DNA from: Mytilus edulis
Lineage: Eukaryota
Assembly: GCF_963676685.1 (NCBI RefSeq)
Contig: NC_092344.1
Location: 3,224,001-3,288,000 of the forward strand
Length of the DNA: 64,000 nt
Reading direction: 5' to 3'
Shown: positions 1 through 11,609 of the stretch, piece by piece
Layout: every line of letters begins with the position of its first letter
Numbering within the stretch: the first letter of the stretch is position 1
Position numbers and translations under genes: made by a program
The notes under the pieces: model-generated
What the model saw: only the letters and a program-made list of their open reading frames with translations
Databases searched by the model: none
What the model was told of the DNA's origin: nothing

Positions 1-216
1 CTTAAAATGCCTATTATGTGTTACATATTTGTTTTTCATTCATTTTTTTTTTACATTGTCTTATCGGGGCCTTTTATAGCTGACTATATATGCGGTATGG
101 GTTTTGCTCATTGTTGAAGGCCGTAGGGTGACCTATAATTGTTAATGTTTGTGTCATTTTGGTCTTTTGTGGATAGTTGTCTCATTGGCAATCATACCAC
201 ATCTTCTTTTTTATAT
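1..216 (+). repeat. Family A interspersed repeat (inferred retroelement 3' end)
   Basis: GGGGCCTTTTATAGCTG..GTTGTCTCATTGGCAATCATACCACATCTTC. Other copies or fragments at ~1838-2100(-), 14225-14365(-), 34340-34400(-), 40080-40140(-), 59405-59535(+), 63530-63630(+). Confidence 0.75.
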
Positions 217-2332
217 TTGGGTATGAAGATGTAGTAAAGGCTGAATGCCAGTTTTAGTCTTATATATGTACTTTATAATTTTAGTCTTACATGTATATAA
301 TTACATATATATATATGTATGTGTACATATATCACTGATTTAGTGGCAATGATAAATAGACACTGACAAGTCTTGAATGGTGGATCCAGAACTTTTCATC
401 GGGGGGGGGGGGGGGGGGGGGGGGCGGCAGTCACGCTTCAGTGAGTGATTCCCTATATAATCAACCAAATTTTTCCCATAAAAGGGTAAAAAGGGGGGGG
501 GGCGGCCCCCCTGGATCCACCTATGGTCTTAGATAACATTTTATAGTTATGAATATTTTGTCAGTTGACTAAAACTAGATGGAGGTGTGTGTGTTCTTAT
601 TTCCAACAGATGTACACTAAACCTATATCAATATGTGCATAAAGCAAATTGATAGTTGCTAGATACTGAATGATTATACCACAAGAAAGTTTTAACCTGT
701 GCATATATACATGTATACTTAAAATACGATAAAACAATCATGTCTTTTTCAGGACTTCTGAATCCAACCATGTAGTATGGAATGTTCTTGAGATATGGTT
801 TTGGTCGATGGATGTTCACGAAGGACCTGTAGTACAAAGTATATCACTGGATTTAGCTCTTTGTCTAAGTGTATTATTAAATTACTTTGCTTTGAGTTCA
901 GTTCATTGTTATGCAATTCTTTCTTTGTAAAATAAAGATTTGACAGACAACTCTCATGTACAAGGATTTGTCAAAGTAGTATCACCTCTTATGTACAATG
1001 TAAGTATTAGGGAGATAAAAGCATTCTATTTTAATTTGAACCAAACATATTATGTTAAAAAAATGATAAGCTCTATCTAGGCTTATCGATTTCTTAAACT
1101 ATATTTCATTGTTCATGCTTGAAATTTTTATACAACCACAGAAATTTTTGCGGTCCTAAATAGGTATCCTGTCGTCGTCGTCCGAAGACAGATGGTTTCC
1201 ATATAATAACTTAACTATAAGCAAAAAGAAATAAATAAAATTATAACACAATATTTATAACCACAAAAGGAAGCTTGGGATTGATTTTGGGGGTTATAGT
1301 CCATAAGGTTTAGGTTCCAAAGGTGCCCAAAACAAGCATTAATTTAGTGTCAGTACAAAAAGTTGTGTATAAGTATTTCAATTGCTCTGAAATTGTACCA
1401 TAATGTTTAATACCATAAGTAGAAGGTTGGGGTATATTTTAAGGGTTATTGGGGCAAACAGTCGAGGAATTGAGGGCCAAAAACAAGCATGTTTGTAGAG
1501 TCGTGACCATAAATTGTCCAGAATGGTTGTTGAATTACCTAAAACCAATGCTTTATGAAATCTTCTTTGAAAATTAGAGTTGTCTTTCTCTGTCCAGAAT
1601 AGTAGTTTAATCATCTTAAATTAATGCTTTATACAATATACAATGCAAAATTCACTTTACTGCCAACTGATAAATTAAAGCAGTCTTTAATAACCATTCA
1701 GTGATTACAAGCACTTTAATTATCATTCTAGGGTTATGCCCTTTTACAAATGGAAACATTGAAAAATTATTTAGTCTTAACTTAAGTTTGTTTTAACTAA
1801 ATCTAGTGAAGCATACCAATAGTAAGCAAATACATATGAAAAAGATGTGGTATGCTTTCCAATGAGACAGTTCTCCACAAGAGACCAAATGACACAGAAG
1901 TTAACAACTATAGGTCACTGTACGGACATAAACAATAGGTAAAGCCAATACCGCATAATCAGCTATAAAAGGCACCGAAATGACAATATAAAACAATTCA
2001 AACGAGAAAACTAATGGCCTTATTTATGTTAAAAAAAAATAAACAAAAAACTTATATGTTACACATAAATAAACGACAATCACCGAGTTACAGGCTCCTT
2101 ATGTCATGTTCTCAAATCTAGATATCATCTCCCATATAGAAAAAAAAACGTGTGAAAAAATTAATCTATTATCTCCTAGATACAAAGATGTAGAACATAT
2201 TCTATCATAATCATTTTGTAACTAGTGTTATTACTGTCTCCTCCATGCCTGTCATGAACATAAAAAAAATATTAAATAAATAACAGTTCTAATGCTCAGG
2301 TTGGTTGTCACCGTGCAACACAGTTAATAATA

Positions 2333-2750
2333 TAAAAAAGAAGATGTGGTATGATTGCCAATGAGACAACTATCCACAAAAGACCAAAATGACACAAACA
2401 TTAACAGTTATAGGTCACCGTACGGCCTTCAATAATGAGCAAAGCCCATACCGCATATATAGTCAGCTATAAAAGGCCCCGATAAGACAATGTAAAACAA
2501 TTCAAGCGAGAAAACTAATGGCCTCATTTATGTAAAAAAATGAACGAAAAACAAATATGTAACACATAAACAAACGACAACCACTGAATTACAGGCTCCT
2601 GACTTGGGACAGGCACATACAAAAATAATGTGGCAGGGTTAAACATGTTAGTGGGATCCCAAGCCTCCCCCTAACCTGGGACCCCTACAACATAAGAACA
2701 AACTATAAAAATCAGTTAAAAAAGGCTTAACTCATCAGATAGACAAAAAA
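2333..2750 (-). repeat. Longest family A copy, including the twister-like motif
   Basis: Near-exact reverse complement of 1-216, extended further 5'. Confidence 0.78.
2592..2678 (-). ncRNA. Candidate twister ribozyme, family A variant
   Basis: Reverse complement CAGG TTA GGGG GAGGC T TGGGATCCCA CT AACATGTT TAA CCCT GCC ACAT..ATGT G CCTG TCCCAAGT CAGG AG CCTG; one T1 mismatch. Confidence 0.6.
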
Positions 2751-3739
2751 ATAACACCATAAAGGAAAAACATAGAACTCCTTTTGTCATAAGACACTGT
2801 CAAACATCCAAACATACTATCCACACTCATCTGTATCCACACTTGTATAAATTTGAAAAATAATTCTTTTTTCCCTCCGATGTTATATAAAAGTATGTTC
2901 TAGCATATATAATATTATATGTTTGTATTTTCTGTACGTATTACCTTTGTCTACTGTTTTATAACGTACATTTAGTAAGTTATTCTTGATTATAATTCTC
3001 ATGTTTAACAAACTGGACAATTTCACTCCTCGAATAAAGGCAACAGCAGAACACCGGTGTTCAAAAGTCATTAATCGATTGAGAAAAACAAATCCGGGTT
3101 ACAAACCAAAACAAAGGGAAGCAAATCAACTATAGGAGAAAAACAAAGGAACGGATGTCATACAACGAACGATAGGTGCATCAAAGCAAGTTGCAACGAT
3201 ATAGTTCCTTGCATTTTTTACTTTAATTTCATTAAAAAGCCCATTATCAATGTACTGAAAAGAAGAACTTTCAAATAACGAAAGATATTCAACTCGTGAC
3301 ATCACACCAAGTATTTGTGAATTAATGGGCTGTTCAGTAATCGTTGAATATTCTTATACATTTAAATTCTTTTATTAGCTATTCTATAAATCCTTTTCCG
3401 CTTTTTTTTTTTTTTTTTTTTTTAGAATTTCCCTTTTTATTAAGTTTTGAAATCTCTGATTTTTGACCCCGCGATCGAACATAACTAACAAGACATTTAT
3501 TCTCGAAATGCGCATATGGTTCAGTTAAATTGGTACCGTTATTTGATCATTTAATCCTCACCTAGAATATTTGACAGTCGTCCACTAAGTGTGTTAAAAC
3601 ATTAAAACATAATTAATGAAGTTATCATCTTCCAAAACTATCGTCTGTAACCATACAAATTTGCATTGTATGACCACAAATAGATTAACGTACCACTACA
3701 TACCAACTATTGTAAATACTCAATAAGATAGCTACTTAC

Positions 3740-4007
3740 CAACAATACTCATAGGATCCGATATCAAAGTAACATACATGTCTGAAATAGCCAAATTTAC
3801 AATGAAAACAGATTGCACTTGTTTTAGTTCCTTTGTTTTCGATACAATCATTAAAATAATAACATTTCCAAAGGTTCCAACAACTGATGCAATTGTTAAA
3901 AATACAATACTAAGTATAGCAGATACTGGGGAATCCTGAATAAATTCAAATCGTCTGAAATAAAGATTGTCGGTACTGGTACTGTTTGATGTTAAGCTGT
4001 TATTCAT
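3740..4007 (-). CDS. Melatonin-receptor-like class A GPCR, paralog A, exon 1 (N-terminus, TM1-TM2); exon 2 not found in window
   Basis: ATG at 4007; TM1 'GTFGN', TM2 'NLAISD'; ends at ...ATTGTTG|GTAAGT phase-1 donor; highly similar to exon 1 at 24430-24700. Confidence 0.85.
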
Positions 4008-4820
4008 TTTTAAATGTCAGATCTAGAAATTAGCATGCACTCGTAAAGAAAGATTCAAATAGACCTAAAGATAATCTGTTGGAAATTGACTTTGAAATCT
4101 CTACAATCTTTGCGCAACATTTTCACGCTTCTCATAAATATCCAAACCAACCAAAGAAATCTAGTTTAATTTTATCCAACGAAATTGGATTTTTGTCCGA
4201 CAGTCTCTTTGCTTTGTGGAAGACCGAGTAAATGAAACGGATATTTAAATACACCACGAACAAAAAAATTACAAGTTGTAACATTTTGTATCAACAACGT
4301 GTGTTTAAAACAAAGCATAACTATATAACTTATTTTGGTTTTTGTATCTCTTGTTTTTACATTAGTATTTTATGTTCCTCATTCCGATTTCTTGAGTTAA
4401 CGATGTACTAAGGTGAGGTTTTGAAATTTGTGTCAGATGTTCGGACTCCTAAGTGTTTTTCCATACGATATAAGAAAATAAAATATTTTGCCCCATAACA
4501 CCTATTTATCTTTTCATATTAGACTTATTAGCTCATAATAGGTCATTTACCAACATTTAAGCAGATCCTAGATTTTCTTTCTGTAGATTTGGTATTTAAA
4601 TAATACCAATGCAATTATAAGGTGAAAGTCCGTGTCAGCTTTTTCTCACAAGATCTTAAAAATCAAATATTTCGAAAAGGAGCTCCATGACCTATCAGTG
4701 TTTTGATCATATATTTGCTCTTCCGTCTTATATTATCAATTTAAAATTCTTGATTCATTTAATTTCACCCAAGTTCATCAACTTAGTTTGTTCTTATTTA
4801 GTGTTGTTACACCACTGTCC

Positions 4821-4901
4821 CAGGTCCGAGAAGGGTTGTTTGCTCACAAACTGTTTAGCTTCTAGATATTTTTTATATGCCTGTCCAACGTCAGGAACCT
4901 G
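4821..4901 (+). ncRNA. Highly degenerate twister-like remnant (a similar remnant lies at ~44999-45080, minus strand)
   Basis: CAGG..AGGGTTG..CCTG TCCAACGT CAGG AA CCTG. Confidence 0.3.
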
Positions 4902-5258
4902 TAGTTCAAAGACGTTGTCAGATCATGTATGCCATATTTTTGTTTTGCAATTTGTTTTATATAAATATTTACAGTAATGTTAAAACCATTCACACTGAAG
5001 AAAGCTATTTGTTAAGCCGAAATATTTGTCAACACGATTTAATAACAACTTTATTGCTATGAGTTACAATTTATGACAAAAATCAGCAAAGACCCATCGA
5101 AACAACATCTCATAAACAAATTTAATAATACTTTTAGATATTTGGATGACATTTTGGCTCTCAATAATGACGACTTCAGTATGTATACTAAAGAAATTTA
5201 TCCTGTTGAACTTACTTTAAATAAAGCTAATACTAACAATGACCACTGCCCTTTCCTC

Positions 5259-5641
5259 CAATCTAATTAAAAACCGATCTCTCATCGCTCCTGTTTCTGA
5301 TATGTCGCGTGGGAGATCTAACGAAACCCGCTTTGAGGTCACATGTGAGTGACCTCGTAGGTGTGTCTTTTTCGACCAATGAAATTGAGTCTTCCACGAT
5401 CTTGGAAGTTTAACGTAAGGCAAAGGGATGTAACTCATTTTATTTACGACGAAATCGTCAGTCATAATAATTCATAAACTTTTTTGATTGGCTTATTAAT
5501 AGGTCGTCAACTCATTTGCATATCTTTATAAATTCATGACTTTTAGTTCACTCACATGTGACCTCAAAGCCGGTTTCGTTAGATCTCCCACGCGACATAT
5601 CAGAAACAGGAGCGATGAGAGATCGGTTTTTAATTAGATTG
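5259..5641. mobile_element. MITE, 383 bp, 94-bp TIRs, 9-bp TSD (Mutator-like TSD length)
   Basis: TIRs 5259-5352 and 5548-5641 with 1 mismatch; TSD CCTTTCCTC at 5250-5258 and 5642-5650; removing it restores the RT frame NDHC-PFLDL. Confidence 0.92.
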
Positions 5642-6493
5642 CCTTTCCTCGATCTTGATATCTATATCACTAACGGAAAGCTTAATACTAAAATTTATGA
5701 TAAAAGAGATTTTTCTTTTCCTATAGTTAATTATCCATTTTTAGATGGTGACGTTCCATTGTCACCATCTTACGGTGTTTACATATCTCAACTTGTACGA
5801 TTCGCTCGTGTATGTAACAATGTTTTAGATTTTAACGAGAGAAATTTATGTATTACTGAAAAATTATTACACCAGGGTTTTCGATATCACAAACTAGTCA
5901 AAACATTTACTAAATTTTATCATCGGTATAAGGACATCATTCGTAAATATAGCTCAACATGCAGACTTCTTATACGTTCAGGTATTTCACATCCAATTTT
6001 TTTATGGAAATATTCTTTATAGAGCACAACAATGTCAGTATTCACCTCAGAAACTAACAAAACCTTAAAAGAGACATATCAAGAAGGGATATAGTTACGA
6101 TACTGTTGTCAGGTCACTAAAGATTGCTTATTTTGGCGTTAATATTGATTCACTTATAGGGTCTTTGCATCGAAACTAAACACATTTATTAAAAAAAACA
6201 GTTGTTGGCATGACACGGGTTATGTTCTTCTCATATATGTTATGATGGTATGATACTAAACCCCTAACGGGAAGGATTGTGCCTGATATTCATATGATGA
6301 AATCATAATCTTTCAATCAGTTTAATTGAAGTCTGGAGCTGGCATGTCAGTTAACTGCTAGTAGTCTGTTGTTATTTATGTATTATTGTCATTTTGTTTA
6401 TTTTCTTTGGTTACATCTTCTGACATCAGACTCGGGCTTCTCTTGAATTGAATTTTAAATGTGCGTATTGTTATGCATTTACTTTTCCACATT

Positions 6494-6584
6494 GGCTAGA
6501 GGTATAGGGGGAGGGTTGAGATCTCATAAACATGTTTAACCCCGCCGTATTTTTGCTCCTGTTCCAAGTCAGGAGCCTCTGGCC
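6494..6584 (+). ncRNA. Candidate twister ribozyme, same family as 8750, few substitutions
   Basis: Same layout; L4 TTCCAAGT, P3 weakened; lies ~315 nt downstream of the RT stop codon. Confidence 0.62.
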
Positions 6585-8303
6585 TTTGTTAGTCTTGTAT
6601 TTTTTTAATTTAGTTTCTTGTGTACAATTCGGAAATTAGTATGGCGTTCATTATCATTAAACTAGTATACATTTGTTTAGGGGCCAGCTGAAGGACGCCT
6701 TCGGGTGCGGGAATGTCTCGCTACATTAAAGACCTGTTAGTGACCTTCTGCCGTTGTTTTTTCTATGGTCGGGTTGTTGTCTCTTTGACACATTCCCCAT
6801 TTCCATTCTCAATTTTATCTTCGTATAAGAAAACGCCACGGTTGAACGATACAAAATGTGTTTTGATTTTGTTTTGCATGACTCATCCTTAAACAACATG
6901 CAGACTCATTCAAAACATAATGCAGTGGTTCTTTAGCGTGCAGAGATTAAGCGTTAATTTTTCCATACCAGAGGTATAGAGGATCATCATGTTTTACAGG
7001 TATTACTTAAATGTTTGCACCTGTCCTAGTTAGGAATCTGATGTACAGTAGTTGTCGTTTGTTTATGTAATTCATACGTGTTTCTCGTTTTTTATATAGA
7101 TTAGACCGTTGGCTCCGTGTTGAAGGCCGTACACTAACATATAATGGTTGAAACTGATGGTGGGAAACGTAAGTGTCGGAATATGGTATCATCTAGGAGA
7201 TACATACTCTAACAATGGTATCATCTAGGAGATACATACTCTAACAATGGTATCATCTAGGAGATACATACTCTAACAATGGTAACATCTAGGAGAGACA
7301 TACTCTAACAACAATATGGTATCATCTAGGAGATAAATACTCTAACAATGGTATCATTTAGGAGATACATACTCTAACAACAATATGGTATCATCTAGGA
7401 GATACATACCCTAACAATGGTATCATCTAGGAGATACATACTCTAACAATGGTATCATCTAGGAGATACATAATCTAACAATGGTATCATCTAGGAGATA
7501 CATACTCTAACAATGGTATCATCTAGGAGATACATACTCTAACAATGGTATCATCTAGGAGATACATACTCTAACAACAATATGGTATCATCTAGGAGAT
7601 ACATACCCTAACAATGGTATCATCTAGGAGATACATACTCTAACAATGGTATCATCTAGGAGATACATACTCTAACAATGGTATCATCTAGGAGATACAT
7701 ACTCTAACAATGGTATCATCTAGGAGATACATACTCTAACAATGGTATCATCTAGGAGATACATACTCTAACAATGGTATCATCTAGGAGATACATACTC
7801 TAACAATGGTAACATCTAGGAGAGACATACTCTAACAACAATATGGTATCATCTGGGAGATACATACTCTAACAATGGTATCATCTAGGAGAAACATACT
7901 CTTACAACAATATGGTATCATCTAGGAGATACATACCCTAACAATGGTATCATCTAGGAGATACATACTCTAACAATGGTATCATCTTGGAGATACATAC
8001 TCTAACAATGGTATCATCTTGGAGATACATACTCTAACAACAATATGGTATCATCTAGGAGATACATACTCTAACAATGGTATCATCTAGGAGATACAGA
8101 CTCTAACAATGGTATCATCTAGGAGATACATACTCTAACAACAATATGGTATCATCTAGGAGATACATACTCTAACAATGGTATCATCTAGGAGAGACAT
8201 ACTCTAACAATGGTATCATCTAGGAGATACATACTCTAACAATGGTATCATCTAGGAGATACATACTCTAACAATGGTATCATCTAGGAGATACATACTC
8301 TAA

Positions 8304-9074
8304 AAAACTAACAAAACCTTTAAATAGACTTATTAAAAGGGGATATAGTTACGATACTGTTGTCAGGTCATTAAAGATTGCATATTTTGGCTTTAACATT
8401 GATTCACTGATAGGGTCTTTGCATCGGAACTAAACACATTTATTTCTTAAAAAAACAGTTGTTGGCATGACACGGGTTATGTTCTTCTCATATATTTTAT
8501 GATAGTATGATACTAAACCCCTAACGGGAGGGATTGTACCTGATTTTCATATGATGAAGACATAATCTTTCAATCAGTTTAATTGAGGTCTGGAGCTGGC
8601 ATGTCAGTTAACTGCTAGTAGTCTGTTTTTATTTATGTATTATTGTCATTTTATTTATTTTCTTTTGTTACATCTTTTGACATCAGACTCGGACTTCTCT
8701 TGAACTGAATTTTAATGTGCGTATTGTTATTCTTTTACTTTTCTACATTGGCTAGAGGTATAGGGGGAGGGTTGAGATCTCATAAACATGTTTAACCCCG
8801 CCGCAATTTTGCGCCTGTCCCAAGTCAGGAGCCTCTGGCCTTTGTTAGTCTTGTATGATTTTAAATTTTAGTTTCTTGTGTATAATTCGGAGTTAAGTAT
8901 GACGTCCATTATCACTGTACTATTATGCATATTTTAGGGGCCAGCTGAAGGACACCTACGGGTGTGGGAATTCTCGCTACATTGAAGACCCATTGGTTGC
9001 CTTCGGCTGTTGTTTGCTCTATGGTCGGGTGGTTGTCGCTTTGACATATTCACCATTTCCTTTCTCAATTTTAT
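8304..9074 (+). mobile_element. 3' fragment of the same Penelope-like family inserted inside the satellite
   Basis: Collinear with ~6051-6818 but with scattered substitutions; flanked by (T)CTAA on both sides. Confidence 0.88.
8750..8840 (+). ncRNA. Candidate type-P5 twister ribozyme (best-preserved copy) in retroelement 3' region; predicted cleavage U8793|A8794
   Basis: GGCTAGAGG..CCTCTGGCC (P5), GGGG/CCCC (P2), GAGGG and TAA (L1), GCC, GCAA-TT-TTGC (P3), CCTG-TCCCAAGT-CAGG (P4/L4); same core elements as the rice twister. Confidence 0.72.
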
Positions 9075-11512
9075 CTAACAATGGTATCATCTTGAAGATA
9101 CATACTCTAACAATGGTATCATCTAGGAGATACATACTCTAACAATGGTATCATTTAGGAGATACATACTCTAACAATGGTATCATCTAGGAGATACATA
9201 CTCTAACAATGGTATCATCTAGGAGATACATACTCTAACAATGGTATCATCTAGGAGATACATACTCTAACAATGGTATCATCTAGGAGATACATACTCT
9301 AACAATGGTATCCTCTTGGAGATATATACTCTAACAATGGTATCATCTTGGAGATACATACTCTAACAACAATATGGTATCATCTAGAGATACATACACT
9401 AACAATGGTATCATCTAGGAGATACATACTCTAACAATGGTATCATCTAGGAGATACATACTCTAACAACAATATGGTATCATCTAGGAGATACATACTC
9501 TAACAATGGTATCATCTAAGAGATACATACTCTAACAACAATATGGTATCATCTTGGAGATACATACTCTAACAAAGGTATCATCTTAGAGATACATACT
9601 CTAACAATGGTATCATCTAGGAGATACATACTCTAACAACAATATGGTATCATCTTGGAGATACATACTCTAACAAAGTTATCATCTAGGAGATACATAC
9701 TCTAAAAATGGTATCATCTAGGAGATACATACTCTAACAACAATATGGTATCATTTAGGAGATACATACTCTAACAATGATATCATCTAGGAGATACATA
9801 CTCTAACAATGGTATCATCTAGGAGATACATACTCTAACAATGGTATCATCTAGGAGATACATACTCTAACAATGGTATCATCTAGGAGATACATACTCT
9901 AACAATGGTATCATCTAGGAGATACATACTCTAACAATGGTATCATCTAGGAGATACATACTCTAACAATGGTATTATTTAGGAGATACATACTCTAACA
10001 ATGGTATCATCTAGGAGATACATACTCTAACAATGGTATCATCTAGGAGATACATACTCTAACAATGGTATCATCTAGGAGATACATACTCTAACAATGG
10101 TATCATCTAGGAGATACATACTCTAACAATGGTATCATCTAGGAGATACATACTCTAACAATGGTATCATCTAGGATATACATACTCTAACAATGGTATC
10201 ATCTAGGAGATACATACTCTAACAATGGTATCATCTAGCAGATACATACTCTAACAATGGTATCATCTAGGAGATACATACTCTAACAATAGTATCATCT
10301 AGGAGATACATACTCTAACAACAATATGGTATCATCTAGGAGATACATACTCTAACAACAATATGGTATCATCTAGGAGATACATACTCTAACAACAATA
10401 TGGTATCATCTAGGAGATACATACTCTAACAACAATATGGTATCATCTAGGAGATACATACTCTAACAATGGTATCATCTATGAGATACATACTCTAACA
10501 ACGGTATCATCTAGGAGATACATACTCTAACAATGGTATCATCTAGGAGATACATACTCTAACAATGGTATCATCTAGTAGATACATACTCTAACAATGG
10601 TATCATCTAGGAGATACATACTCTAACAATGGTATCATCTAGGAGATACATACTCTAACAATGGTATCATCTAGGAGATACATACTCTAACAATGGTATC
10701 ATCTAGGAGATACATACTCTAACAATGGTATCATCTAGGATATACATACTCTAACAATGGTATCATCTAGGAGATACATACTCTAACAATGGTATCATCT
10801 AGCAGATACATACTCTAACAATGGTATCATCTAGGAGATACATACTCTAACAATAGTATCATCTAGGAGATACATACTCTAACAACAATATGGTATCATC
10901 TAGGAGATACATACTCTAACAACAATATGGTATCATCTAGGAGATACATACTCTAACAACAATATGGTATCATCTAGGAGATACATACTCTAACAACAAT
11001 ATGGTATCATCTAGGAGATACATACTCTAACAATGGTATCATCTATGAGATACATACTCTAACAACGGTATCATCTAGGAGATACATACTCTAACAATGG
11101 TATCATCTAGGAGATACATACTCTAACAATGGTATCATCTAGTAGATACATACTCTAACAACAGGCGCTGCTAAAATGTAGCTACATCAAATGGGCAGAT
11201 CAAAATTTGGAAAGCTAAATGTATCCCTTTTCGTCGTAAAGTTTAGTTTATAATTGATCCTCAATTTCTTGGGTTAGTCTAGAATGATGCAGAAATATTC
11301 TAAAAATTAATGAGATCAATGTCAGTACTAACACAGTAACCACATTTGAAATAATTAAGAGAGGACATCGTCTACAAAGGGGAACGTGAAGTTGAAGGAT
11401 GAAAAAAAGTGAGAAAAAAAAATTATCAAACTGAGAGAAAAATTCAAAACTAAAAGTCTTTAATCAAATGACAAAATCAAAAGGCTCAAACACATCAAAC
11501 GAATGGATAACA

Positions 11513-11609
11513 ACTCTCATATTCCTGACTTATTACAGACAATTTCGTATGTAGAAAATGGTGGATTAAACCTTGTTTTATAGCTGGCTTAACCTCTCAC
11601 TGTGACAGT
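11513..11609 (-). ncRNA. Degenerate twister-like motif, family B
   Basis: Reverse complement ACTGTCACA GTGA GAGGT..TAA TCC ACC..TCTG TAATAAGT CAGG AATATGAGAGT; L4 mutated. Confidence 0.35.

Larger units (their letters stand above)
5048..6818 (+). mobile_element. 5'-truncated Penelope-like retroelement (Naiad-type RT C-half plus 3' region); interrupted by a MITE and frameshifted
   Basis: FRYLDD, PFLDLDI, YDKR(D)FSFPIVNYPFL, YGVYISQLVRF; frameshift in the T-run at ~6000; RT ends ~6178 with no C-terminal GIY-YIG. Confidence 0.85.
7181..11161. repeat. Satellite array of 32-bp and 37-bp units (TGGTATCATCTAGGAGATACATACTCTAACAA[CAATA]), interrupted at 8304-9074
   Basis: Directly visible tandem repeat. 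Confidence 0.98.

Noticed and set aside
401-424. Long G/C homopolymers (also ~22450, ~57095) as G-quadruplex elements
   Set aside because: Simple homopolymer runs, at least partly within repeats; lengths are unreliable and there is no functional evidence
2700-2745. CTGATGA on the minus strand followed by a short stem
   Set aside because: No GAAA or NUH in the hammerhead arrangement
3478-3525. Hammerhead-like remnant (CTAACAAGAC..CTCGAAATGCGCATATGG)
   Set aside because: Core CUGANGA and stem II are mutated; not supportable as functional
4990-5035. CTGAAGA...GAAA...GTC hammerhead-like spacing
   Set aside because: Stems I and III cannot be formed convincingly; at most a remnant
5217-5640. ORFs 5217-5465(-) and the N-terminus of 5558-6022(+) sharing 'VSLDLPRDISETGAMRDRFLIRL'
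   Set aside because: Both translate the two TIRs of one MITE; not a protein domain
7181-11161. CRISPR array, given the 32-37 bp periodicity
   Set aside because: Units are head-to-tail with no unique spacers, there are no cas genes, and the context is eukaryotic
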